Assembly: GCA_963754315.1 (NCBI GenBank)
Contig: CAVWFS010000019.1
Coordinates: forward strand, 736,001-800,000
Direction of reading: 5' to 3'
Origin: an uncultured Candidatus Rokubacteria bacterium
GTDB taxonomy: Bacteria; Methylomirabilota; Methylomirabilia; Rokubacteriales; CSP1-6
DNA: 64,000 nucleotides
This document shows positions 38,473-47,748 of the stretch, in pieces. Both the position numbers and the translations under genes were made by a program. Under the pieces are notes generated by a model. That model did no database searches. It was given only the letters and a program-made list of their open reading frames with translations, and was not told the origin of the DNA. Every line of letters begins with the position of its first letter. The first letter of the stretch is position 1.

Positions 38473-39204
38473 TCACCTCGTGATGGCAGACGACTGGATG
38501 CGCTGCACGCCGATTCCTTGCATGTCGGTCCACGCCTTGGCCAGAGAACCTCCGGCGTCGATGCCCCGGCAGGCGTCCTCGATGACAAGGGCCGCGAAGC
38601 CCGCCTTGCGCGCGTCGATGGCCGACCACGCCACGCAGAAGTCGGTGGCGAGACCGGCGACGAACACCCGTTGCAGTCCGCGTTCGCGCAAATACCCGAC
38701 GAGGCCGGTGGGCGTCTTGCTGTCGGCCTCGAAGAAGGCAGAATACGAGTCCACCCCCTTGCGATATCCCTTCCGGATGATCAGCTGGGCGTGCGGAATC
38801 CTGAGCCCCGGATGCAAGTCCGCGTCGGGTGTGCCCTGCACGCAGTGATCGGGCCATAGCACCTGGGTGCCGTAGGCGAGCTGCGCGGTCTCGAAGGGCT
38901 TCTTTCCGGGATGCGACGACGCGAAGGAGACGTGGCCAGGGGTGTGCCAGTCCTGCGTGAGGACCACGTGATCGAACATGGGGGCGAGCCGGTTGATGAC
39001 CGGCACCACCTGATCACCCTCCTTGACAGGGAGCGTTCCCCCCGGCACGAAGCAGTTCTGGACGTCCACCACCAGAAACACGTCCTGAGGGGTCAGGGTG
39101 ATTCTCGGTCCACTTTGTGCGAACGCGACCGAGGCGCGGGCGGCGAGGTCGGCCATCGCAACACCTCCGAGCACGAGCGTGAGAAATTGTCGACGAGTGG
39201 ACAT
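38473..39204 (-). CDS. pncA: Nicotinamidase/pyrazinamidase with Tat signal
   Basis: VDVQNCF, TQDWH, WPDHCVQG, RKG...DSYSAF and GLATDFCV; N-terminal TRRQFL...AFAQ. Confidence 0.9.
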   Translation of the reverse strand: MSTRRQFLTLVLGGVAMADLAARASVAFAQSGPRITLTPQDVFLVVDVQNCFVPGGTLPVKEGDQVVPVINRLAPMFDHVVLTQDWHTPGHVSFASSHPGKKPFETAQLAYGTQVLWPDHCVQGTPDADLHPGLRIPHAQLIIRKGYRKGVDSYSAFFEADSKTPTGLVGYLRERGLQRVFVAGLATDFCVAWSAIDARKAGFAALVIEDACRGIDAGGSLAKAWTDMQGIGVQRIQSSAITR

Positions 39205-39235
39205 CGATAGCTCCTCCTCGTGGCGCCGACAGACG

Positions 39236-40276
39236 CTAGAAGACGAACACGCCTTTGCCGGTGGTCTGGGTGTCGAAGAGGCGATAGGCTCCGACGGCAT
39301 CCTCGAGCTTGAAACGATGAGTCAAGAGCTTCTTGAGGGGCACCGTGCGCCGGGCGACGAAGCGCGCGCATTCCTCCTGTCCGGTGGCGCTGAACGTCCA
39401 CGAGGCATGGATGGTGAGCTGGCGCCGCAGCATATGCTGGCTGATGTCGAAGGTGGCGGTTCCGCCCTCCCCGACGAAGCAGACTCGTCCCCAGGTTCCC
39501 GCGCTCCGGACGGCGGCCACCCGCGCCTCGGCCTGCCCGGTGCAGTCCATCGTCGTCTCGGCACCCTCACCGCCAGTGAGATCGTGGATCGCTTTCACCG
39601 GATCGGCGTCCTTCGGGTTCACGAGCGCGTCGGCCCCGAGCTCCTTGGCCAGCGCCAGACGCTCGGGCGAGATATCGACGGCAATGACCCGCGCGCCCAT
39701 TGCCACGCCGAGCATGGTCGCGCTCAGTCCTACCGGTCCCTGACCGTACACGGCGAGCGTGTCCCGGCCGGAGACGTCCAGGCGCTTGAGAGCGCCGTAG
39801 GCCGTTCCCGTTCCGCACGAGACGGCTGCTCCCTCTTCGAAGGTCAGCTCGTCCGGCAGGGGAACCATGGTGCTGGCTGGCGCCTTCATGTACTGGGCGT
39901 GAGCACCGTGGCCGGTGACCCCGTACACCGTGATGCCGGCGCGGCAGAGCTGCGACCAACCTACACGGCAGTGGCGGCAGCGCCCGCACCCCTTGTAGTG
40001 ATGGTTCATGACCCGCTCGCCGACAGCGAGGCCGTTGACGCCTGCCCCCACCGCGCTGACCACGCCGCAGGGCTCGTGTCCGGCGATAACAGGACCGCCG
40101 GCGCCGCCAAGCCCGAGAGCAGAGGCGGCGTTGCTGGTGGCGCGGTAGGCGTGCAGATCGCTCCCGCACATCCCCGATGCTTTGATGGCGATGACGGCCT
40201 CGCCCGGCCCTGGCGCCGGATCCGGAAAATCACGAAGCTCCAAGGTGCGATTACCGAGAAAGACGACACCGCGCAT
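39236..40276 (-). CDS. Zn-dependent alcohol dehydrogenase (MDR family)
   Basis: CGSDLH, GHE, CGRCRHC...C and GQGPVG. Confidence 0.93.
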   Translation of the reverse strand: MRGVVFLGNRTLELRDFPDPAPGPGEAVIAIKASGMCGSDLHAYRATSNAASALGLGGAGGPVIAGHEPCGVVSAVGAGVNGLAVGERVMNHHYKGCGRCRHCRVGWSQLCRAGITVYGVTGHGAHAQYMKAPASTMVPLPDELTFEEGAAVSCGTGTAYGALKRLDVSGRDTLAVYGQGPVGLSATMLGVAMGARVIAVDISPERLALAKELGADALVNPKDADPVKAIHDLTGGEGAETTMDCTGQAEARVAAVRSAGTWGRVCFVGEGGTATFDISQHMLRRQLTIHASWTFSATGQEECARFVARRTVPLKKLLTHRFKLEDAVGAYRLFDTQTTGKGVFVF

Positions 40277-40277
40277 C

Positions 40278-41240
40278 CTAGTAGCCCTTTCGCTTGTCGA
40301 TCAGTGCGAGCAGCGGCTCGCCCGTCTGCAGGCGCCGGAGATTCTCGACGAAGGTGTCGATGGCGCGCCCGGCCCGGCGCGGCGATCCCCCTGCCGTGTG
40401 GGGCGTCACGATCACGCGGGGATGGGTCCAGAAAGGGTGACTCGCGGGGAGGGGCTCGGGGTCGGTCACGTCGAGGCCAGCCCCCCAGATCAACCCCTCG
40501 TCGATCGCCTTCAACAGATCCTCGCCGTACACGATGGCGCCCCGCGTGACGTTGATGAGAATGGCGTGCCGCCGCATCTGGCGAAAGAGATCGCGGGTGA
40601 AGAGATGATGCGTTGCCTTGGTGAGAGGGAGCCCGATCACCACCACGTCCGACTCGCTCAGAAGTTGCGGGAGCCGGTCGGGTTTCCAGATGGCCTCCAC
40701 GCCGGGCTCGGGCGGTACGTCTTCGATGTCCACCGCCAGCACGCGCAGGCCGAAGCCGAGGGCGCGCCGGGCCACCGCGCGACCGGTGCCCCCGAAGCCA
40801 ACGATGCCCATGGTCTGCTCGTAGAGTTCACGCTGGGCGAGCCGGATGGATTCGCGCAGATCGAAGTCGGGCTTGCGGATGACCGTGTGCAGCCCGCGGG
40901 TGAGGGCAAGGAGCAACGCGAAGGCGTGCTCGGCCAGATGGATGCCGACCTCGCCCTTCTCGCTGGTGAGAATCACGTCACTCTCCACCAACTCTGGGGT
41001 GAGGATGGCGTCGACTCCCGCTCCCAGCGAATGGTAGTAGCGAAGACGACGGTTCAGCGCGAAGATGTCGTTGCTCACGCGCCCGAGCAAGGCCTCGGCA
41101 TCAACGATCTGCTCGCGCTGGCGGGCCGGGTCCTTGGCTTCCACGAGGGCGGCGGCGGGGCCGGCCGCTTTGAGGATTCGGGCCCGCTGTTCGTCGGTGA
41201 GAGACGGTGCGATCAGGTTGGGTGTATAGAGAATTTTCAT
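40278..41240 (-). CDS. D-2-hydroxyacid dehydrogenase-family protein
   Basis: GIVGFGGTG, INVTRG, LDVTDPEPLP and TPHTAG. Confidence 0.92.
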   Translation of the reverse strand: MKILYTPNLIAPSLTDEQRARILKAAGPAAALVEAKDPARQREQIVDAEALLGRVSNDIFALNRRLRYYHSLGAGVDAILTPELVESDVILTSEKGEVGIHLAEHAFALLLALTRGLHTVIRKPDFDLRESIRLAQRELYEQTMGIVGFGGTGRAVARRALGFGLRVLAVDIEDVPPEPGVEAIWKPDRLPQLLSESDVVVIGLPLTKATHHLFTRDLFRQMRRHAILINVTRGAIVYGEDLLKAIDEGLIWGAGLDVTDPEPLPASHPFWTHPRVIVTPHTAGGSPRRAGRAIDTFVENLRRLQTGEPLLALIDKRKGY

Positions 41241-41269
41241 GGGGCGTTTAGTGTAGCAGCGGGAGGCAG

Positions 41270-42424
41270 ATGATGGAACCGCCAGCGAAGCCTGGCCGGA
41301 TGCCATACCTGGACGGGCTTCGCGGCCTGGCCATCGTGGCCATGGTCGTCAACCACACTGGTCGCTGGTGGATCGACCGCTCCTTCGGCTGGCCGCGCTA
41401 TCACCTGATCTACATCACCACCACGGTGGCCGCGCCGATCTTCCTCTTCCTGGTGGGCTTCTGCCAGGCCATCGCCCACTACAACGCCACCGTGCGCAGA
41501 GGGCAGAGCTTCGCGACGGTAGCGCCCCGCTACCTCCGGCGGGGAGTGGAGGTCATCCTGGCCGGCTATCTCCTGAACCTCATCGTGTTCTGTGACTTCT
41601 GGCGGGCGCTTGAGGCCATAGCGGTGGGCTCCCCGGGTCTAGGAGGGCTTTGCATCGATCCGCCATGGCAGCTCGGGGTGCTGCAGACCATCGGGTTCAG
41701 CATCATTGCGCTCGTACCGGCTTTGGCCGTGGTAGGACGTCGCTGGGGTCGCGTCCTGATCGTCGTCGTTTCGGTGGCGCTGTACGTGCTCTTCAGTGTG
41801 CTCGCCACGCCTCTCAATCACTGGTTGCCCCACCATCCCTTGGTCGCGCAACTCGTCTTCGCCGACTTTCCCCCGTGGCCCTGGACAACTCTGGTCTGCA
41901 TCTCGGCGGTCTTCGGCTGGAACTTCTGTGTCGCCAACCAGCGCGGTCCGCATGCCCTCACCCGCTATTTCGCCCTCATGGCCGGAGCCGGCGTCCTCTG
42001 CCTCCTCACCTTCGTCGCCTACGATACCTGGACCCACACGCCGGTCCGTTTCGGATTCATGCGCGATTTCATCGTCAACAAGCACTGGACGCCGCGCGGA
42101 ATCTCGCTCTTGTGGATTGGCACCGTGCTGTTTCTCTCGACACCGGTCGCCTACTACCTGATGGACGTCCGGGGGTGGGCGCCGCGCTGGCTGGTCGACC
42201 TGGGGCAAACGGCCATGGTGCTCTACTTCGTCCATCAGGTCATCGTGTTCACGATCGTGAAGCGCTGGATGGGGGTCGCGTTCGATTCGTGGCTGTACTA
42301 CGGGATCGCCAACGCCGCCCTCATGGTTCTCCTGCTCTACCTCGGGCGAGCGTGGCTCATCATCCGGCCGCGCCTCAGGCGCCGTCCCTCCTCCGACCGC
42401 GAACTGGCCCGCTCTCCAGCGTGA
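41270..42424 (+). CDS. Membrane acyltransferase-like protein (HGSNAT/DUF1624 family)
   Basis: LDGLRGLAIVAMVVNH, AAPIFLFLVG, GVLQTIG and multiple TM helices. Confidence 0.75.
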   Translation: MMEPPAKPGRMPYLDGLRGLAIVAMVVNHTGRWWIDRSFGWPRYHLIYITTTVAAPIFLFLVGFCQAIAHYNATVRRGQSFATVAPRYLRRGVEVILAGYLLNLIVFCDFWRALEAIAVGSPGLGGLCIDPPWQLGVLQTIGFSIIALVPALAVVGRRWGRVLIVVVSVALYVLFSVLATPLNHWLPHHPLVAQLVFADFPPWPWTTLVCISAVFGWNFCVANQRGPHALTRYFALMAGAGVLCLLTFVAYDTWTHTPVRFGFMRDFIVNKHWTPRGISLLWIGTVLFLSTPVAYYLMDVRGWAPRWLVDLGQTAMVLYFVHQVIVFTIVKRWMGVAFDSWLYYGIANAALMVLLLYLGRAWLIIRPRLRRRPSSDRELARSPA

Positions 42425-42436
42425 ATCGCAAGGCCC

Positions 42437-42466
42437 TTGACGCCCGCGGCACCGCCCCGTTACGAT
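42437..42466 (+). promoter_or_regulatory. Putative sigma70 promoter of the pqq operon
   Basis: TTGACG-N18-TACGAT upstream of pqqA. Confidence 0.45.
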
Positions 42467-42511
42467 GTGCGCAAGTACCCGGCCCGGGTGCTCTTCATTG
42501 GAGGTGAGGTT

Positions 42512-42610
42512 ATGGCTTGGGAAGCGCCGGACTTCATTGAAGTCAGGATGGACGCCGAGATCAATTCCTACCAAGACGACTTCGACCGGGAGCAGGACGA
42601 CCGCTTCTGA
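42512..42610 (+). CDS. pqqA: PQQ precursor peptide, 32 aa (MAWEAPDFIEVRMDAEINSYQDDFDREQDDRF)
   Basis: GGAGGTGAGG RBS; WxxPxF leader and ExxxY core; directly upstream of pqqB; absent from the ORF track. Confidence 0.92.
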   Translation: MAWEAPDFIEVRMDAEINSYQDDFDREQDDRF

Positions 42611-42616
42611 TGACAC

Positions 42617-42640
42617 GGGGGGCCCTCGGGCGGCCCCCCA
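42617..42640 (+). repeat. Hairpin between pqqA and pqqB, similar to the first hairpin of the repeat family
   Basis: GGGGGGCC-CTCGGGC-GGCCCCCC(ATC). Confidence 0.7.
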
Positions 42641-42665
42641 TCTGCAGTAACAGCGGGGCCCGACC

Positions 42666-43586
42666 GTGCGCGTTCGCGTCCTGGGCTCGGCAGCTGGTGG
42701 AGGTTTTCCACAGTGGAACTGCGGCTGTCCTAACTGTCGCGGTCTCCGTGCTGGAACCTTGCGAGCCGCGCCGCGCACCCAAGAATCCGTCGCGCTGAGT
42801 CCTGACGGGAAGGCCTGGTTTCTCCTCAACGCCTCGCCCGAGATTCGCCAGCAGATCGAGGGCTTCCCAGAGCTGCATCCTCGTGGTCCGCGGCACTGTC
42901 CCATCGAGGCCATCGTGCTCACCAACGGCGATCTCGACCACACCTTGGGCCTGCTCTCCTTGCGCGAGTCCCATCCGCTCGTCGTCTATGCCACCGCGAG
43001 CGTCCAACGCGGCTTTACCGAGGGCAACGTCCTCTACCGGACCCTTCAGCGATTTCCCGGCCAGATCACGTGGCGTGTCCTTGCCCTCGGGCGCGAAGTC
43101 GAACTGGCGGGTGCAGACGGTCCGGGGTACGGTCTGTACGTGGAAGCCGTGACGGTACCGGGCAAACCTCCCGTTCATCTCGAGGGGCTCTTCCCTCCCG
43201 GTCCCGAGGACAACATCGGGCTCAAGATTCGGGCAGAGTCAACGAGAACCCGCCTGGCCTATTTCCCGGCCGCAGGGCGCATCACGCCCGCGGTCGCTGC
43301 CGCCCTCGAGGCCGCCGCTTGCCTGTTCTTCGACGGGACATTCTGGTCGAGCGACGAGCTGCCCGCCCTGGGCCTGGGAAGCAAGCGCGCCGAGGACATG
43401 GCGCACCTGCCGGTGGGCGGGACGGAGGGCAGCCTCGTGGCGCTGGCCGGGTTGCGCGCGGCCCGTCGAATCTACATTCACCTCAACAACACGAACCCAC
43501 TCCTGCGCGACGATTCTCCCGAGCGAAGGGCCGCGGAGGAGGCCGGTTGGGAGATCGCCTACGATGCCATGGAACTGACGCTGTGA
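42666..43586 (+). CDS. pqqB: PQQ biosynthesis protein B
   Basis: LGSAAGGGFPQWNCGCPNC, NASPEIRQQI, DGTFW and HLNNTNP. Confidence 0.96.
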   Translation: MRVRVLGSAAGGGFPQWNCGCPNCRGLRAGTLRAAPRTQESVALSPDGKAWFLLNASPEIRQQIEGFPELHPRGPRHCPIEAIVLTNGDLDHTLGLLSLRESHPLVVYATASVQRGFTEGNVLYRTLQRFPGQITWRVLALGREVELAGADGPGYGLYVEAVTVPGKPPVHLEGLFPPGPEDNIGLKIRAESTRTRLAYFPAAGRITPAVAAALEAAACLFFDGTFWSSDELPALGLGSKRAEDMAHLPVGGTEGSLVALAGLRAARRIYIHLNNTNPLLRDDSPERRAAEEAGWEIAYDAMELTL

Positions 43587-44323
43587 CGGGGAAAACGGTG
43601 CGAGCGCCGCTCGCCCAGGAGGATTTCATCGGATGGATCCGCCGCGAGGGCGAGCAGCGCTACCATGATCACCATCGTTACCACGTGCTGATGCACGAGG
43701 GCGCTCTCACCAAGCTTCAGCTCCAGCAGTGGGTACTGAACCGCTACTACTATCAGACCCGGATCCCCATCAAGGACGCCGTCATCGTGGCCAAGTCCGA
43801 GGACCCGGACTTCCGTCGGATGTGGGTGCGTCGCATCCGTGATCACGACGGTGACGAGGCCGGCCAGGGCGGGCTCGAGCTGTGGTTGCGGCTGGCGGAG
43901 GGCGTGGGGCTCGATCGCGAGGAGGTGGCCAGCTGCCGCTCCGTCCTGCCCGGGGTGCGCTTCGCCTGCGACGCCTATGTCGAGCTTGTCCGCGAACGCA
44001 GTTTGCTGGAAGCCGTGGCCTCGTCGCTGACCGAGTTTTTCGCTCCCGACCTGATGTCCAAGCGTGTGCTGGCCTGGGAGAAGCACTACCCATGGGTGAG
44101 CCCCGACATGCTCGCCTACTTCCGCTCGCGCGTGCCGCGTGCCCGCCGCGATTCCGAGGAGGCCATCGAGTTCGTGGTGCGCCACGCCACCACCTATGCG
44201 CTTCAGGAGCGCTGCGTGGCTGCCCTCATCCGCAAGACGGAGATCCTCTGGCACCTCCTGGACTGCACCTATGCCGCCTATATCGAGCCGGGCTGGGGTG
44301 TGGTCGGGCCCCGTGCCACGTGA
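43583..44323 (+). CDS. pqqC: PQQ synthase
   Basis: RYHDHH, WVLNRYYYQTRIPIKDA, RFACDAY and SSLTEFFAP; GTGA overlap with pqqB. Confidence 0.96.
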   Translation: MTGKTVRAPLAQEDFIGWIRREGEQRYHDHHRYHVLMHEGALTKLQLQQWVLNRYYYQTRIPIKDAVIVAKSEDPDFRRMWVRRIRDHDGDEAGQGGLELWLRLAEGVGLDREEVASCRSVLPGVRFACDAYVELVRERSLLEAVASSLTEFFAPDLMSKRVLAWEKHYPWVSPDMLAYFRSRVPRARRDSEEAIEFVVRHATTYALQERCVAALIRKTEILWHLLDCTYAAYIEPGWGVVGPRAT

Positions 44324-44598
44324 TTTCGCCCGAGAGTCGGCTCCGGCTGGCAGCCAAGGCGCGCTTGCGTTTCGACCGCAAATCGTCGCGCTACATGCTG
44401 CTCTATCCAGAGCGCGGTCTGGTCCTCAACCCTACCGCGGCCGACGTTCTCCAGCTGTGCACGGGGGAGCGCACGGTGGGCGCCATCGTGGACGAGCTGG
44501 CCCGCAAGTACGGTCAGGAGCCACCCGCGGTGGAGCGTCAGGTCATGGACTTTCTGCGGACGATGGCCGACCGAGGCCTCGTGCAGACCGCGCCGTGA
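44320..44598 (+). CDS. pqqD: PQQ peptide chaperone (RRE)
   Basis: LLYPERGLVLNPTAADVLQLC.G..TV; GTGA overlap with pqqC. Confidence 0.93.
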   Translation: MISPESRLRLAAKARLRFDRKSSRYMLLYPERGLVLNPTAADVLQLCTGERTVGAIVDELARKYGQEPPAVERQVMDFLRTMADRGLVQTAP

Positions 44599-45719
44599 GC
44601 GAACCGTATCGTCCGTACACCTTGGTGGCCGAGCTGACCTACCGCTGCCCGCTTCGCTGTGTGTATTGTTCCAACCCGCTGGACTATGCGAGCCACCAGC
44701 CCGAGGTGGACACCGTGACCTGGCTGCGTGTCTTCGACGAGGCCGAAGACCTGGGAGTGGTCCAGCTCAACCTCAGTGGAGGTGAACCGCTCGTCCGCGA
44801 CGATCTGGAGGTCCTGGTGGAGCGAGCGCGCCGCCTCGATCTCTACACCAACCTCATCACCAGTGGCATTCCCCTCACGCGCGACCGGCTGGAGCGTCTG
44901 CGCGATCTCGGGCTCGACAATGTGCAGATCTCCATCCAGGACGTGACGGCAGCCGCGTCCGATCGGATCGCGGGCACACGATCCTTCGAGCGCAAGCTGC
45001 AGGCGGCCGCCTGGGTCAAGGAGCTGGGGTTCCCCCTCACCCTCAACACCGTCCTTCATCGGGAGAACCTTGCCCAGACGGCCGCAGTCATCGCGCTCGC
45101 CGAGCGTCTCGGCGCCGATCGTCTGGAGCTGGCCAACACGCAGTATCTCGGCTGGGCGCTGGCCAACCGGGAGGGGCTCCTGCCCACCCGTGAGCAGCTC
45201 GAGCGCGCACGGGGGGTTGCGGCGGACGCGCGTCGCCGGCTGCGGGGCCGCATGGAAGTGCTCTTCGTCACTCCCGACTACTTCTCCGATCTACCGAAAG
45301 CCTGCGTGGACGGCTGGGGACGGCGGTTCATCGTGGTGAGCCCCGACGGCCTCGCCCTCCCCTGCCATGCGGCCCACACCATGCCCGATCTGAGCTTCGA
45401 GAACGTGAAGGATCGCTCGCTCGGCGATATCTGGCGCGACTCGCCGGGCTTCAACGCCTTCCGCGGCGAGGCCTGGATGCCCGAACCGTGCCGGAGCTGT
45501 GATCGGCGTGGCATCGACTTCGGCGGCTGCCGCTGTCAGGCCTTCCACCTGACCGGGCGCGCCACAGCCACCGATCCTGCGTGTCACCTCTCGCCTGACC
45601 ATGGCCTCATCGAGCACGCTCGCACCGTTGCCGCCGAGGGTGTCCCCGCACCGTTCGTGTATCGGACGGCCAAGGCTGGGGAGGCACCATCGTCCGGGCC
45701 TCGGGGCACCACACCTTGA
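44595..45719 (+). CDS. pqqE: PQQ biosynthesis radical SAM/SPASM enzyme
   Basis: AELTYRCPLRCVYCSNP, ELANTQYLGWA, PCH and DFGGCRCQA. Confidence 0.96.
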   Translation: MSEPYRPYTLVAELTYRCPLRCVYCSNPLDYASHQPEVDTVTWLRVFDEAEDLGVVQLNLSGGEPLVRDDLEVLVERARRLDLYTNLITSGIPLTRDRLERLRDLGLDNVQISIQDVTAAASDRIAGTRSFERKLQAAAWVKELGFPLTLNTVLHRENLAQTAAVIALAERLGADRLELANTQYLGWALANREGLLPTREQLERARGVAADARRRLRGRMEVLFVTPDYFSDLPKACVDGWGRRFIVVSPDGLALPCHAAHTMPDLSFENVKDRSLGDIWRDSPGFNAFRGEAWMPEPCRSCDRRGIDFGGCRCQAFHLTGRATATDPACHLSPDHGLIEHARTVAAEGVPAPFVYRTAKAGEAPSSGPRGTTP

Positions 45720-45815
45720 CAAACCGGGATGACGAGACGTATCGTCCGGCCCGCGTAGGCCTTGCGTGGTCGGAAAATCACCAATAGTGATCGATCCTCA
45801 AAGGGGAGGCTCACC

Positions 45816-47012
45816 ATGCGGCGTATCGTCGTGACATCGCTCGCGGTGGCACTCGTAGTCGGGCTCGCGCTCGCTCAACTGGCTCCCGCCCAGCAGCCTC
45901 CACCGGCGTGGAAGCAGGGCCAGCCGGCCGAAATGGCCAACTCACCGCTCGCCCCCGTTCCTCTGCCGCCGGCGCCGACCCCGGCCAACCAGATCAAGGT
46001 CGACCAAATCAAGCTGCCGCCCGGCTTCACGATCAGCGTCTGGGCCGACGGAATCCCGAATGCCCGGGAGATGGCCTGGGGCTCGAAGGGCACCTTGTTC
46101 CTGGGCAGCAGGGTCGCAGGCAACGTCTACGCGGTAGTCGACCGGGGCGGCCGACGCGAAGTCAAGGTCATCGCCAAAGGACTGACCCAGCCGAGCGGAG
46201 TGGCCTTCCGGGACGGGGCGCTCTACGTGGCCGAGATTCCTCGCCTTCTGAAGTTCGAGAACATCGAGGCCAACCTGGACAATCCGCCCGCGCCCAAAGT
46301 CGTGTACACGTATCCGCCGGACGCGCATCATAACTGGCGCTATCTAGCCTTTGGGCCGGATGGAAAGCTCTACTTCAACATGGGGGCGCCCTGCAACATC
46401 TGCATTCCGCCAGCCACCCATGCCAACATCTCGCGTGTCAACCCCGACGGGTCTGGTTTTGAGTACTTCGCCTATGGTGTCCGCAACAGCGTCGGCTTCG
46501 ACTTCCACCCCGTGACCAAGGAGCTGTACTTCACGAACCATGGGCGTGACTGGATGGGCGACGATGTGCCCAACGACACCTTGCATCACGCCCCACGGGC
46601 CGGTCTGCACTTCGGTTACCCCTACTGCCACCAGGGCGACATTCTCGACCCCGACTTCGGGGTCGGTCGCTCGTGCAGCGAATTCGCTCCTCCGTTGCTC
46701 AAGCTTGGACCGCACGTGGCGGGCATGGGCATCAAGTTCTACACGGGGAGCATGTTTCCGGCGCAGTATCGCAACGTCGCCTTCGTGGCGCTCAAAGGCT
46801 CCTGGAACCGCACCCAGAAGAGCGGCTACAAGGTGATGACAGTCGATCTCAAGCCCGGCATGGCCCCGAAGTATGAGACCTTTGCCGATGGGTTCACGGA
46901 CGGGACCACGGTGTTCGGCCGGCCGACATACATCGAGTGGATGCCCGACGGCTCGATGCTCCTATCCGACGACTACCTCGGCGCTATCTTCCGCATCGCC
47001 TACCAGCGCTGA
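45816..47012 (+). CDS. Exported PQQ-dependent sugar/sorbosone dehydrogenase-family beta-propeller
   Basis: Signal peptide; LPPGF, FGPDGKLY, GVRNSVGFDFHP, FGYPYCH, GSWNR and LSDD. Confidence 0.88.
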   Translation: MRRIVVTSLAVALVVGLALAQLAPAQQPPPAWKQGQPAEMANSPLAPVPLPPAPTPANQIKVDQIKLPPGFTISVWADGIPNAREMAWGSKGTLFLGSRVAGNVYAVVDRGGRREVKVIAKGLTQPSGVAFRDGALYVAEIPRLLKFENIEANLDNPPAPKVVYTYPPDAHHNWRYLAFGPDGKLYFNMGAPCNICIPPATHANISRVNPDGSGFEYFAYGVRNSVGFDFHPVTKELYFTNHGRDWMGDDVPNDTLHHAPRAGLHFGYPYCHQGDILDPDFGVGRSCSEFAPPLLKLGPHVAGMGIKFYTGSMFPAQYRNVAFVALKGSWNRTQKSGYKVMTVDLKPGMAPKYETFADGFTDGTTVFGRPTYIEWMPDGSMLLSDDYLGAIFRIAYQR

Positions 47013-47105
47013 TTCCGGTCTTCCTGTAGCGGTCCCGGCGGGATGGTTCCGGCCGGGGCCGCACGGGAAGCCGCTCAGTCTTCCCTGCTTTCATTCACGG
47101 AAATC

Positions 47106-47717
47106 ATGAGACGTGTGGTGGCGCGTCGCCGGCGGGTAGCCGTTGCGACTCTCGTCGTGGCCCTCGGGGCGGCAAGCGCGAACGTTTCCGGCGCCGATCT
47201 GAATGCCGCGCGAAAGAAGGCAGAGCCCTGCGGGGCGTGCCACGGGGCCGATGGCAATGGCGCCACCCCCGGTACGCCTTCCCTGGCTGGGATGCCCACC
47301 TTCTACACGCACTGGCAGCTGATCATGTATCGGGATGGACGTCGCCGCGACCCGCAGATGTCACCCTTTGCCGTTAACCTCAGCGACGCGGACATGGCCG
47401 ATCTCGCCGCCTATTACGCCGCCCAGCCTCCACGGGCCCGACCCGCTCGGATCGACGCGGCGCGAGCGGCAGCCGGACAGCCCATCGCCCAGCAGCAAAA
47501 CTGCACCTCGTGCCACGGGCCCCGGCTCATGGGCCAGCAGGGGGTCCCCCGGCTGGCGGGACAGGATTTCGACTACCTCCTCAAGCGGCTGCGCGGGTAC
47601 AAGTCCAAGACCACCAGCGATCTGGACGGGATGATGACGATGGTGGCCCAGCCGCTGACCGAGGCGGACATCGAGAATCTCGTGCATTTCATGGCCAGCC
47701 TCGCTACCGCGCCCTGA
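47106..47717 (+). CDS. Diheme cytochrome c4-type
   Basis: Signal peptide; CGACH and CTSCH; PSLAG and PRLAGQ; Met ligands. Confidence 0.92.
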   Translation: MRRVVARRRRVAVATLVVALGAASANVSGADLNAARKKAEPCGACHGADGNGATPGTPSLAGMPTFYTHWQLIMYRDGRRRDPQMSPFAVNLSDADMADLAAYYAAQPPRARPARIDAARAAAGQPIAQQQNCTSCHGPRLMGQQGVPRLAGQDFDYLLKRLRGYKSKTTSDLDGMMTMVAQPLTEADIENLVHFMASLATAP

Positions 47718-47748
47718 GGGCGCAGAACTCGGCAGGCCCTCTGCCGGA

